Positions 29,880-39,265 of a stretch of DNA of 64,000 nt are shown piece by piece (position 1 is the stretch's first letter; the number at the start of each line of letters is the position of its first letter). Location of the stretch: the NCBI GenBank assembly GCA_963717505.1, contig OY970342.1, forward strand, positions 3,360,001 through 3,424,000. The letters run 5' to 3'. A model generated the notes under the pieces. The model was given only the letters and a program-made list of their open reading frames with translations. It made no database searches and was not told the DNA's origin. The translations under genes were made by a program, and so were the position numbers. Origin of the DNA: Candidatus Eiseniibacteriota bacterium. Its GTDB lineage: Bacteria > Eisenbacteria > RBG-16-71-46.

Positions 29880-30119
29880 GATCGCTCCGGTCACCCCAGC
29901 AGGTAGTCCAGGTCCTTCTGGCTCAAGGCGCGCGCGAAGCCATCCTCACCGAGCACATCTGCAACCAGCGCCGCCTTGATCCCGCGCGACTTCATGCTGG
30001 CCGCGAGCAGCCGCAGCAAGTGGGGGGGGCAGCGTCGGGGCGGTCGTAGCGCGCCGCGAATGTCGCGCGACGGCCGAGGTAGCCGGGATTCACGAACTGC
30101 ATGATACTCCAGAGATCGG
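29878..30119 (-). pseudogene. Decayed, internally deleted duplicate of the SNF2 helicase 3' region
   Basis: 29878-29978 matches 31108-31208; 29979-29996 matches ~31497-31514; ~29999-30119 matches ~31895-32012 (DLWSIMQFVNPGYLGRR..FAARYDRPD). Confidence 0.85.
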
Positions 30120-30237
30120 CCCGTACAATGTCCTTCGATCGCCGACGGTGAAGCTGCGCTTTGTCATGGTCCGAAACTCGGAGCCGTGCTCCGTGCCGGC
30201 CGTGTGGGCTCGTGCAGGCTTCAGCAAGGGAACAACC

Positions 30238-31071
30238 ATGCATGCAGGTCGAGCAATCGCACCTCCGGAGCAACACCTTCGGCTCGTCATCCTTGCTCTT
30301 CTCATTCTTCTTGCGGCCGGATGCTCGAGACAAGAGGGAGGGCGTGCCGGCCACGCGCCTGATTCGGCCATCGCACAAGTCGTGCCCGGCTACCTCAATC
30401 CCGCTGATGTGCCTCACCAATCGCCGTCGCAGCCTGATGGTCCGCAAGTGGGCAGGACCGATCCAATCATGAATGCAGCCGCGCCAAGAGTCTCTGAGTG
30501 GGTCACGATGTGGCGCTCGGCGCTCCCCAGGTTCGAGGCTGACTCCATGTGGGCTACGGGCCAGCGACGGTGGAGGCCCGTCTACGTGAGGAAGCTCGAA
30601 CGCGCCATCGACAACCAGAGCATTGATGGAGAGATCGCTTTCCAAGTCCTCGGCCTGCCATCACCCGGAGGACGTCATGTGCTCGACGTGGACTGGTATC
30701 AGTCGATTCAGCTACAGGGAGACACGCTCGAGGTCGGTGGCGAGCCGGACTCACAGCCCACGCTAATCGATCGCCGCACGAGCCTCGAGGCCGTCCTCGA
30801 AGCGTGCGGAACCTCTTGCGGATTCCACTGGGGAAAGTGGCTTTCGCCGACGAGCTTTGCCCTCGGTGGCTGGCGCGACGCGGACGACTTTGGGCAGTGG
30901 AAGCAGGGTTCGCTCTCGATCTACTCACTTCAGGACTCCAGCGTTGTCACCTACGAGACGCGTGTCGTCTCGGCCGACGACTACGCACGTTACATGGGCG
31001 CCTGGAAGGCCTGGCTCATGACGAGGTACGAGGCCTTAAGTGTATCCCGCTCACGAACAGGACCTAGCTAG
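30238..31071 (+). CDS. Hypothetical lipoprotein
   Basis: ATG 30238; hydrophobic stretch with lipobox AAG-C; C-terminal CGTSC...W motif; no recognisable family. Confidence 0.75.
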   Translation: MHAGRAIAPPEQHLRLVILALLILLAAGCSRQEGGRAGHAPDSAIAQVVPGYLNPADVPHQSPSQPDGPQVGRTDPIMNAAAPRVSEWVTMWRSALPRFEADSMWATGQRRWRPVYVRKLERAIDNQSIDGEIAFQVLGLPSPGGRHVLDVDWYQSIQLQGDTLEVGGEPDSQPTLIDRRTSLEAVLEACGTSCGFHWGKWLSPTSFALGGWRDADDFGQWKQGSLSIYSLQDSSVVTYETRVVSADDYARYMGAWKAWLMTRYEALSVSRSRTGPS

Positions 31072-31120
31072 AGGCAGGGGGAGCTCCAGTGCGCAAGCCC
31101 ACGCCGGATGATCGCCCCGG

Positions 31121-34100
31121 TCACCCCAGCAGGTAGTCCAGGTCCTTCTGGCTCAAGGCGCGCGCGAAGCCATCCTCACCGAGCACGTCCGCAACCAGCG
31201 CCGCCTTGCGCTGCTGCAGTTCCCAGATCTTCTCCTCGATGGTCCCCGCCGTGATCATGCGATACGCGATCACGGTGCGTGTCTGGCCGATCCGGTGCGC
31301 GCGGTCGATGGCCTGAGCTTCGACCGCCGGGTTCCACCAGGGATCGAACAACACCACGTAGCTCGCCGCGGTCAGGTTGAGTCCGGCGCCGCCGGCTTTC
31401 AGCGAAATCAAGAACACGCAAGGCTCGCGGTCGGTCTCGAAAGCGCTGATGACCGCTTCGCGCTTGGTGGTTGCCCCGGTCAGGACGTGATAGCGGATCC
31501 CGCGCGATTTCATGTCGGTTGCGAGCAGCTTGAGGCACTCCACGAACTGCGAGAACACCAGGACCTTGCGCCCCTCGGCGAGCAGCGGCTCGAGAATCTC
31601 GAACAGGGTGTCGAACTTCCCGGACCCGAGGCCGTCGCGTCCGCCGACGAGTGCCGGGTGACAGCACACCTGCCGAAGGCGCGTCAGCGCGACGAGCATC
31701 TCGAACTTGTGCCCCATGACACCGTCGGGCGACGCCTTGAGCCGCTCCATGGTGGCTCGCCCGCGCATCAGCTCCGCGAGATAGAGCTTGCGTTGGCCGG
31801 GCGTCAGCTCACATTCGCGGTGCTCCTCGATGCGATCGGGAAGCTCCGGCGCCACCTGTTCTTTCAAACGCCGCACCATGACCGGCCGCAGTCGGGCCGC
31901 GAGCAGCCGCCGAAGGTGCGGGGGAGCGTCGGGGCGGTCGTAGCGCGCCGCGAATGCCGTCCTGCGTCCCAGGTAGCCGGGATTGACGAACTGCATGATG
32001 CTCCAGAGATCGAGTGCCCGATTCTCGATCGGGGTTCCGGTGAGGGCCAGGCGGTGTCGCGCATTCAGCTCCAGCACGGCACGGCTCACCGCCGCCGCGG
32101 GATTCTTGATGTTCTGGGCTTCGTCCAGGATCGCCGCGCGCAGCGGGACCGATTTCCAACGAGCCAGATCCCGCCGGAGCAACGCATAAGTAGTGACGAC
32201 GACATCGTGGTGGGGAACTTCTTTCCAGAGCGTGTGGCGCTCCTCTCCGCTGGTGAGCGCAAGCACGCGCAAGCCGGGCGTAAACCGTTCGGCTTCTCGT
32301 TGCCAGTTGTGGACCACCGATGCCGGGCACACGACCAGCGCCGGGCCACCTTTCGGGTCGCGTTCGCGCAACCATTCGACCCACGCCAGAGCCTGAACGG
32401 TCTTTCCGAGGCCCATGTCGTCGGCGAGGATCGCGCCCATGCCCAGCCCGGACACGAACGCGAGGAAATCGAGGCCATCGCGCTGGTAGGGCCGAAGGAC
32501 TGCTTCGAGGCTCTCCGTTACCGAAACGCGCGGCAGGCCCTCGAACCCGAGGACGCGCTCGCGCAACCGCTCGATCTCGCGGATCGTGCTGGGATCGCCG
32601 CCGAACGCTTCGAGCGCGACGAGACTCTCGGGCCGCGCCCGCGCCAGTTGCGCCACCGTCAGTCGCTGCTCTCCGGTACCGGCTTCGATGCCCAGATCCG
32701 CGAGGACGTCCGCGGCGGCGTCGGCGGTCTCGACCCAATCGCGACGGACCCATCCCGACGCGAGCTTCACGTACCGGGTACGGGCGGTCCGCAACGTCAT
32801 TAGATCGTCTTCGCTGAGCGTGCGGCCCTCGGCCTGCCACTCGGCCGAGACCGTGAACCAATCGACGCCACTGGCTGTGACCGTCACGCGCGGGCGGATC
32901 GTGCGCTCCTCGGCGAGCAGGTGCTGCATGCGGGCGTTGCCGAGGAACAGGACGTCGCGCGGGCGCGTTTCCCACGCCTGGGCGAACGCTTCGAGACTGC
33001 GTGCTCCGAGGTGGATCCACGCGCCGTTGTCGAGGGCGGGGGCGGAGCCTCGGACCGGACTCGCCTTGCGCCGCACGAACGGAAGCTGACCCAGCCATCG
33101 GCGCGCCGGCTCGACCTCAGCCGCATCGGGCAGGTCGATCCAGACCGACGCCGACGCTGCAGAGTCTTTCTCCGCGGCGGGAATCGACTGCAGCAGAGCA
33201 TCGATCGCAGTGGTGTCGTTGGGAGCGTCGTCCGCGTCGTCGTCCGGAGTGTCGTCCGGGGCGCCGTTCGCGGCGCCGACCGGAGCACGCTCCTCGATCG
33301 ACGCGGTTCCGTCCGGAGCGGGGGCGAGCCTGAGCCATTGTCCCTCGGCGTCCAGCTCGAATCCCACCGCACCCGGTGTCGGAGTGCCGGGACGCCACGC
33401 GTCGTCGCCGGTGTGCGCGAACAAGCGCACCTGCAGCCAGTCGTCGGCGTCGAGGTCGAGGGTGACGACCGGGCGGACGTGATGGACGTTGATGTGCGGG
33501 GCGAGTGCCGTGGCGACACTCGCGAAGCTCGATGCGAGCAACCCCAGGAAGCGCGTGCGCCCGGACTCGGGGACCAACACGTTTCCGGTGAGGGCGAAAC
33601 GCTTCATCAGCTGAGGCGGCGGCTCCTCTGCCACGCGCCAGAACACGCCGTCGGCCAGTACCAAGCTCGGATGCAGATCATCGTCCGAGGGCAGGTAGAT
33701 GACGTCTTCGAGAGGTTTCTGTCGGCCGTCCGGCCAGCGCGCAGCAAGTGTGATCCGCATGTCCGCGCCCTCGCCGCGACACGTCGGCACGATGCCGAGC
33801 GCCACTTCACCCAGGCGAAGCCGCGCGCCGGGGACCCGGTCGCCACGCGCATCGACCGCCGCGTGGTCGTCATTGGCCCAATTGGTGAGCGGCGAATCAG
33901 AGAAGCTGTCGAGCAGCCGGTTGATCGTGCTGGTCTTGAGGCCGAATCGCGTGCCACTCGTGAAAGGCTCCGCCTGTGGCACCGTCCGCGCCAGAAAGCG
34001 CATGAGCCGCGAGTGGGGCGGTGCGAAAAACAACGGATCCCGGCGCAGATCGGACGCGAGCTGAAGCACGTGCCGCGCGGAACGCGGCGCATCGACCAGC

Positions 34101-34657
34101 CGTGGTGTCGTCAGGCGGATTTCCATCCAGACCCCTGGACGGCCAGCCGCGTCGGAGTGGAGACCAAACACGGCACGCACGACGCGCGTTGGCGCCTCGG
34201 CATGGCGGCGTGCCCAGTGGGCGAGATCGCTGGTCAGCTCGGCGTCGGCTCGCTCAGGCGGTATTTGATTCTCGGGAGAAGAGGCTCCGAGGAAAGGATT
34301 ACGACGGTGTTCCTTCTGGCGATGGTCGCGCACCGGCGCGCGATCGTGCCGCGCGCCATCGATTGCCTTGGCGAGGGCGAACGCGTGCTTGCAGATCGGA
34401 CCCTCCGAGCAGGTACAACGGGGGTTGGCATCGGTGCCGTCCCACTGCCAGAGGGTCCGGTAGTTCCGGCGGCCGCGGACGGTCGCGCTGATCCGGTTCC
34501 GTTCGACTTCCAGTTGTCCCACGCGGCGCTCGGCCAGGTACGAGCGTCCGCGACTCTGGATGTGCGCGGGGAAGTGCGCTGCGTTGGTCCGGATGGCGTC
34601 GATGGTCTGCGCCGGGAGTGCATCGATCGAGAGTTCAGGCTTCATACGGCTGGCCAT
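31121..34657 (-). CDS. SWIM zinc-finger SNF2-family DEAD/DEAH helicase
   Basis: CTC...CKH SWIM; LADDMGLGKT, DEAQ, LTGTP, FSQF and QAIDRAHRIGQ motifs. Confidence 0.95.
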   Translation of the reverse strand: MASRMKPELSIDALPAQTIDAIRTNAAHFPAHIQSRGRSYLAERRVGQLEVERNRISATVRGRRNYRTLWQWDGTDANPRCTCSEGPICKHAFALAKAIDGARHDRAPVRDHRQKEHRRNPFLGASSPENQIPPERADAELTSDLAHWARRHAEAPTRVVRAVFGLHSDAAGRPGVWMEIRLTTPRLVDAPRSARHVLQLASDLRRDPLFFAPPHSRLMRFLARTVPQAEPFTSGTRFGLKTSTINRLLDSFSDSPLTNWANDDHAAVDARGDRVPGARLRLGEVALGIVPTCRGEGADMRITLAARWPDGRQKPLEDVIYLPSDDDLHPSLVLADGVFWRVAEEPPPQLMKRFALTGNVLVPESGRTRFLGLLASSFASVATALAPHINVHHVRPVVTLDLDADDWLQVRLFAHTGDDAWRPGTPTPGAVGFELDAEGQWLRLAPAPDGTASIEERAPVGAANGAPDDTPDDDADDAPNDTTAIDALLQSIPAAEKDSAASASVWIDLPDAAEVEPARRWLGQLPFVRRKASPVRGSAPALDNGAWIHLGARSLEAFAQAWETRPRDVLFLGNARMQHLLAEERTIRPRVTVTASGVDWFTVSAEWQAEGRTLSEDDLMTLRTARTRYVKLASGWVRRDWVETADAAADVLADLGIEAGTGEQRLTVAQLARARPESLVALEAFGGDPSTIREIERLRERVLGFEGLPRVSVTESLEAVLRPYQRDGLDFLAFVSGLGMGAILADDMGLGKTVQALAWVEWLRERDPKGGPALVVCPASVVHNWQREAERFTPGLRVLALTSGEERHTLWKEVPHHDVVVTTYALLRRDLARWKSVPLRAAILDEAQNIKNPAAAVSRAVLELNARHRLALTGTPIENRALDLWSIMQFVNPGYLGRRTAFAARYDRPDAPPHLRRLLAARLRPVMVRRLKEQVAPELPDRIEEHRECELTPGQRKLYLAELMRGRATMERLKASPDGVMGHKFEMLVALTRLRQVCCHPALVGGRDGLGSGKFDTLFEILEPLLAEGRKVLVFSQFVECLKLLATDMKSRGIRYHVLTGATTKREAVISAFETDREPCVFLISLKAGGAGLNLTAASYVVLFDPWWNPAVEAQAIDRAHRIGQTRTVIAYRMITAGTIEEKIWELQQRKAALVADVLGEDGFARALSQKDLDYLLG

Positions 34658-34853
34658 CGCGCGACGGCGCGACAGGCACTGGCATCAACGTAGATGTGCA
34701 GGGAAAGACCTCCTCGAGTCCCGGTATCGCCGCCACCCGGAAGCATGCGGTCGGGCAGGCGAACCAGGAACCGTACAGCATGCGGGCCCCCGGCGCTTCC
34801 CCCGGTCTGGCGCCGAGCCGCAATCCAGCCGGGCCGCCCGCAGGAAATACGCC

Positions 34854-34902
34854 TTGCAAGAGCGATCGGGCAATGTTAACGTACAACCCTATGGTTGTAC
34901 GT
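34854..34902 (+). promoter_or_regulatory. Sigma70 promoter with perfect palindromic ArsR operator
   Basis: TTGCAA-17 nt-TAACGT; ACGTACAACC-ctat-GGTTGTACGT (34879-34902) spans the start codon. Confidence 0.75.
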
Positions 34903-35232
34903 CGCAAAATGAGCGAAGAGGCGCTCAACCAGCTTTTCCGTGCCTTGGCCGATGGCACGCGACGGGACATCCTGGCGCGGTCACTCACGGAGACACCGTC
35001 GGTGTCCGACCTTGCTGCGCGGTACGAGATGAGCTTCGCCGCCGTGCAGAAGCACGTCGCCGTGCTCGAGCGCGCGGGTCTCATTCAGAAGCGTGCCAAC
35101 GGCCGCGAGCAACGGGTCTCCACCAACCACGCGCGGCTCCAGCGCGCTGGCGAGCTCCTCGAATACTTCGAATCCATTTGGCGCCAGCGCATGGCGCAGC
35201 TCGACGATGTTCTCTTGCCGAAAGGAAAATGA
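34891..35232 (+). CDS. ArsR/SmtB-family regulator
   Basis: FRALADGTRRDIL...MSFAAVQKHVAVLERAGL; start at 34891 or 34909. Confidence 0.92.
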   Translation: MVVRRKMSEEALNQLFRALADGTRRDILARSLTETPSVSDLAARYEMSFAAVQKHVAVLERAGLIQKRANGREQRVSTNHARLQRAGELLEYFESIWRQRMAQLDDVLLPKGK

Positions 35233-35234
35233 CG

Positions 35235-35729
35235 ATGCCGCTGACCTCGGTCACCAAAGACGCCGCAAAGCTCACCCTCACCGTCGTGGGCGACTATCCC
35301 GTTTCGCAAAAACGCCTGTGGGATGCCTTTGCCGACCCGCGCCAACTCGAGCGCTTTTGGGGACCACCCGCCTTTCCTGCCACCTTCACTCGTCATGACT
35401 TCAGAGTTGGCGGTCGCGCCGAATACTTCCTGACTTTGCCGGAGGGACAAAAGTGGAGAGGCTCCTGGAAGTTCACCGCGGTGAATCCCATCAGCTCGTT
35501 CGAGGCACACGACGGCGAAGACAACGTCGAGGACGAGAGCATGCCGGCGTCGATGAAGTTCGCCTTCGAGGCCACGCCGACGGGATCGCGCATGACCTGC
35601 GTCACGCAGTTTTCGAGCGTTGAAGCCATGGAGCAAACGATTCCGGGCATGGAAGAAGGGCTGCGCGCAGCAATTCCCCAACTCGACGCAGTGCTTGCTG
35701 AACCGAGCGCGTCGGCTGCGCACGCCTAG
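35235..35729 (+). CDS. SRPBCC domain protein
   Basis: RLWDAFADPRQLERFWGPP...GMEEG; SD AAAGGA; start at 35235 or 35229. Confidence 0.9.
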   Translation: MPLTSVTKDAAKLTLTVVGDYPVSQKRLWDAFADPRQLERFWGPPAFPATFTRHDFRVGGRAEYFLTLPEGQKWRGSWKFTAVNPISSFEAHDGEDNVEDESMPASMKFAFEATPTGSRMTCVTQFSSVEAMEQTIPGMEEGLRAAIPQLDAVLAEPSASAAHA

Positions 35730-35762
35730 GACTGACCAGTCAGGGAGAACACTGAGGCTCAA

Positions 35763-36341
35763 ATGAGAAAGCTCAAGATCATCGAACACATCTCGCTGGA
35801 CGGCGTGATCCAACACTCCGCTGATGACGGCGATTTCCCCTACAGCGACTGGACCGCGCCCTATCGAACCCCCGCGGGCCGGGACGCAATGCTCGCCGCG
35901 TATGGCGAGAGCATCGATCTGCTGCTTGGCCGTCGCACCTACGATATCTGGTCGGGCTTCTGGCCAAAGGCGCCGAGCAGTCCGATGGCGGACCGCCTCA
36001 ATGCGGCAACGAAATATGTCGCTACCCACCGTCCGGAGAGTCTTGAATGGGGCCCGTTCGAGGGCTTTGGGCCGGATATCGTCGAGGGCGTTCGCCGCAT
36101 CAAGTCGCAGGACGGTCCGGACCTTGTCCTCTCGGGTAGCGCCACGCTGACATCGACACTGCTCGAACATGGACTGGCGGATGAAGCCCTGCTGGTCGTC
36201 TATCCGGTCCTGTTGGGCACGGGGAAGCGCTTCTTTGCGGAGGGAACCCCGGCGCGCTCATTCGAGCTCGTCAGCACGAAAGCATTTCCGTCCGGCAACA
36301 TCCTCAGCACGTACACGGTCGCCGGGCCTTTGAAGACCTGA
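35763..36341 (+). CDS. Dihydrofolate reductase-like (RibD C-terminal) protein
   Basis: ISLDGVIQ, LLGRRTY, GSATL and PVLLGTGKRFF motifs. Confidence 0.9.
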   Translation: MRKLKIIEHISLDGVIQHSADDGDFPYSDWTAPYRTPAGRDAMLAAYGESIDLLLGRRTYDIWSGFWPKAPSSPMADRLNAATKYVATHRPESLEWGPFEGFGPDIVEGVRRIKSQDGPDLVLSGSATLTSTLLEHGLADEALLVVYPVLLGTGKRFFAEGTPARSFELVSTKAFPSGNILSTYTVAGPLKT

Positions 36342-36358
36342 AGGAGGGGATCCACGCG

Positions 36359-36781
36359 ATGCCGAAGCTCAAGACCCGACCCACCACCGCGAGCGTCACC
36401 GGATTCATCAAGCGCCAACCTGACGAGCAGACCCGCGCCGACTGCCTGGCCCTCGTCGCGCTGATGGAGCAGGTGACCGGCGAGACGGCCGTGATGTGGG
36501 GACCGAGCATCATCGGCTTCGGCACCTACCGCCTCGTGTACGCGGACGGCAGCGAGGCGGACTGGCCAATCGCCGGGTTCTCGCCGCGCAAGAAGGACCT
36601 GACCATCTATCTCATGGGCGTGTTCGAACGCCGCCCCGAGCTCATGAAGAAGCTCGGCAAACACCGCACCGGCAAGGTGTGCCTCTACATCAGGCATCTC
36701 GCGGATGTGGACCTCAAGGTGCTGAAGGAGCTGGTCGTGGCCTCGGTGCAGTACCGGCGCGAGAAACTGACCGCCCCGTGA
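36359..36781 (+). CDS. DUF1801 domain protein
   Basis: MWGPSIIGFG.Y...GFSPRK...LGKH.TGK.CLYI. Confidence 0.9.
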   Translation: MPKLKTRPTTASVTGFIKRQPDEQTRADCLALVALMEQVTGETAVMWGPSIIGFGTYRLVYADGSEADWPIAGFSPRKKDLTIYLMGVFERRPELMKKLGKHRTGKVCLYIRHLADVDLKVLKELVVASVQYRREKLTAP

Positions 36782-36858
36782 TCTTCTCCCATCACGGCTA
36801 CCCTGGCGGCTCACGGCGTCGACTCCGAGGTTCCTTGAGTCTGGCCAAGCGATGAGCT

Positions 36859-36960
36859 CCGGCGCTGTTCTTCCTGATCCTCACGGGAATGGTCGTCGCC
36901 TACCTTGCCATGGTTCAGATGGTGAAGACGTGGTTCTATCGCCGCTTTGCGGCGGAATGA
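36859..36960 (+). pseudogene. mgtA: C-terminal relic of an MgtA-like Mg2+ P-type ATPase
   Basis: PALFFLILTGMVVAYLAMVQMVKTWFYRRFAAE* resembles the last TM and tail of MgtA/MgtB; no upstream gene body. Confidence 0.55.
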
Positions 36961-37109
36961 TCGGGGTGGCCGGCAAGGATCTCGCAGGGACCGGCGAGGC
37001 TCGCGTCGGGGTCTACCGACGCCCGGGGGTGCGGGTGGTAGCCTCTGGCCCGCAAGGGCGATTTCCCCGTCCTTCGAATGTGGCGAACGCATAGGGAGGG
37101 GGACCATCC

Positions 37110-37511
37110 GTGACAACCCAGGCGGGCGTGTGGATCGACCACCGGAAGGCGGTCATCGTGACAGTCTCAAGAGGAGGGGAGAAGACAGAACTGGTTGAAT
37201 CGAACGTCGGGAAACACGTCCGCTATTCCGGTGGCTCATCTGGCGGATCACAAGGGTCACGGGAGGGCACGGGAGAAGACACGCGGGAAAGGCGGTTCGA
37301 GGGCCAGCTCGACAAGTACTATGACGAGGTCATCGCGCGGATTCGAGATGCAGAAGCGATCTTGATCTTCGGACCCGGCGAGGCAAAAGGGGAGCTGAAG
37401 ACCCGCGTTGAGCGGGCCGGGCTCGATGCTCGCATCGTTGGCGTCGAGACCGTTGACAAGATGACGGATCGCCAGATCGCGGCGAAAGTGCGGGAGCACT
37501 TCGCTCGGTAG
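37110..37511 (+). CDS. eRF1-domain-2-like / host-attachment family small protein
   Basis: VWIDHRKA...ILIFGPGEAK.EL...ETVDKMTD.QI.A; SD GGGAGG. Confidence 0.75.
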   Translation: MTTQAGVWIDHRKAVIVTVSRGGEKTELVESNVGKHVRYSGGSSGGSQGSREGTGEDTRERRFEGQLDKYYDEVIARIRDAEAILIFGPGEAKGELKTRVERAGLDARIVGVETVDKMTDRQIAAKVREHFAR

Positions 37512-37539
37512 AGACACTCCCCTCGAGCCCACGTGCTGC

Positions 37540-37630
37540 CCATACGAGATCGTCGCTCCGCTCGGCGCGCGGGGATGGGCGAGGTCTACCGCGCTCGCGA
37601 CCCGCGCCTCAAGCGCGACATCGATCGTGC
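37540..37630 (+). pseudogene. N-terminal relic of an MPLT-type Ser/Thr kinase
   Basis: PYEIVAPLGA-(shift)-GMGEVYRARDPRLKRDI, nearly identical in DNA to ~62387-62475; truncated at the stop of the adjacent activator gene. Confidence 0.85.
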
Positions 37631-39088
37631 TTACCTCGAAGCCCCGGTAAACCTGCTCTTTGCAATCTTCAGTTGCCGGATCTTCGATTCCAGCGTCGAC
37701 GCGGGGATCCCAAGCCCGGCCGCTGCGCCAGTCGCACCGGCCACCTTGCCCCGACTCCGAGCCAATGCCGCCTCGATCAAGGCCTTCTCCTCGCCCAGCA
37801 GCCGGTCCGAGAGTCCATCTGGCTTCGCTTCCGCATGGCCCCGGCCCGAAAGCCAAGCCTCGTCGATGACGAACGTGTCACCCGTGCAGAGGATCACTGA
37901 TCTCTCCACGATGTTCTGCAGCTCGCGGATGTTGCCCGGCCATTCATACGCCTGACACAGCTCTACGGTGCGACTGTCGACACTCCGGATCCGCTTGCCC
38001 ATCTTGTCCGCGAATCGCCTTACGAAGTAATCGAGCAGGAGCGGGATATCCTCCCTCCGCTTGCGCAGCGGCGGCACGTCAATCGGGAATACGTTCAGCC
38101 GGTAGAACAGATCGGACCGGAATGTCCCCGCGGCCACGGCCGCCGAGAGATCTCGATTGGTCGCGGCGATGACGCGCACGTCCACGGGGATCGCGTCGCC
38201 GCCTCCTACACGCTCGAACTGTCGCTCCTGAAGCACGCGGAGAAGGGCGAGCTGCGTCTCGCTGGGGACTTCACCAATCTCGTCGAGGAAGATGGTGCCT
38301 TGATGCGCCAGTTCGAAACGCCCTCGCCGCTGCTGCACAGCTCCCGTGAACGCGCCCTTCTCATGCCCAAACAGTTCCGAGGCAATCAGTGCCGGCGGGA
38401 TCGCGGCGCAGTTGACGCTCACGAATGCGCGGTCTGCTCTTCGCGAACGCATGTGGATCGCGCGCGCGATCAGCTCCTTGCCGGTACCCGTCTCCCCAGA
38501 GACCAAGACGGTCGAGTCCGTGGGCGCGACCATGGTGATGCTGGTGAGCGTGGTTTGGAGGGCGGGCGATGAGCCAACGATCTCCTCGAACATCGACGCT
38601 TGAGCGATTTCCTCCCGCAGGGCCAGATTCTCGTCCTGCAGGCGATCCTTCAACTGCTTGATCTCTTCGTAGGCTCTGTGCAGCGCGTCCTCGGCCTGTT
38701 TCCGATCATCAATGTCCGTGAGCAGGTTGTACCAGCGGATGACTCGGCCTTCGGGATCGCGGAGCGAATGGCCGCGTGACTGGAACCACCGGTACACGCC
38801 GTCCGCACGCCGGATGCGGTGCTCGAACTCATAGGGAGCGCCGGTTTCCACCGAGCTCGTCCACGCGGCGACCACGGCGGGCAGGTCGTCCGGATGAACC
38901 GCGTCGCTGGTACCCCACTGTTTCAATTCATCCAACGTGCGGCCGAAGTAGTCCAGCACCTGCTGATTGACGAGCTCGACCTCGCCCTGGTCCGTCATGA
39001 TGGCGACCAGCCCCGGGATCGTGTCCACGATCAAGCGAAGCTCCCGCTCGCTCGTGGGAAGCCCTTCCAAGATCGGATTCGGCGTCAT
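37631..39088 (-). CDS. PAS-domain sigma54-dependent activator (FhlA-like bEBP)
   Basis: PAS/PAC (VHPDD...YRW); [19 protein letters not shown] and [10 protein letters not shown]; C-terminal HTH; start reassigned to ATG 39088. Confidence 0.93.
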   Translation of the reverse strand: MTPNPILEGLPTSERELRLIVDTIPGLVAIMTDQGEVELVNQQVLDYFGRTLDELKQWGTSDAVHPDDLPAVVAAWTSSVETGAPYEFEHRIRRADGVYRWFQSRGHSLRDPEGRVIRWYNLLTDIDDRKQAEDALHRAYEEIKQLKDRLQDENLALREEIAQASMFEEIVGSSPALQTTLTSITMVAPTDSTVLVSGETGTGKELIARAIHMRSRRADRAFVSVNCAAIPPALIASELFGHEKGAFTGAVQQRRGRFELAHQGTIFLDEIGEVPSETQLALLRVLQERQFERVGGGDAIPVDVRVIAATNRDLSAAVAAGTFRSDLFYRLNVFPIDVPPLRKRREDIPLLLDYFVRRFADKMGKRIRSVDSRTVELCQAYEWPGNIRELQNIVERSVILCTGDTFVIDEAWLSGRGHAEAKPDGLSDRLLGEEKALIEAALARSRGKVAGATGAAAGLGIPASTLESKIRQLKIAKSRFTGASR

Positions 39089-39118
39089 GGTCGGCGGGAG
39101 TATACGACCCCCCAGGCC

Positions 39119-39154
39119 TCGCGAAACTTCGCGAGTCTTCGTGAGCGCTCGCGA
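39119..39154. promoter_or_regulatory. Four helically phased TCGCGA repeats (putative enhancer/UAS)
   Basis: TCGCGA at 39119, 39129 and 39149, TCGTGA at 39139: exact 10-bp period. Confidence 0.6.
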
Positions 39155-39195
39155 CGGCCGACGCGGGCGCCACCTGCCACGCAAGGACTTACGGG

Positions 39196-39210
39196 TGGCA
39201 CCCGGCTTGC
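39196..39210 (+). promoter_or_regulatory. Sigma54 -24/-12 promoter
   Basis: TGGCAC-CCGGC-TTGC, matching consensus, upstream of the hydrolase and divergent from the bEBP. Confidence 0.85.
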
Positions 39211-39265
39211 CCTTCGCCACCACGCGGCCGCAACCAGCAAACTTTCACTGCGGAGGGAGGCTCAA

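Noticed and set aside
31121-34657. SNF2 helicase as part of an anti-phage system (e.g. DISARM or Zorya)
   Set aside because: Stand-alone SWIM-SNF2 architecture with no methylase, nuclease or other defence genes adjacent.
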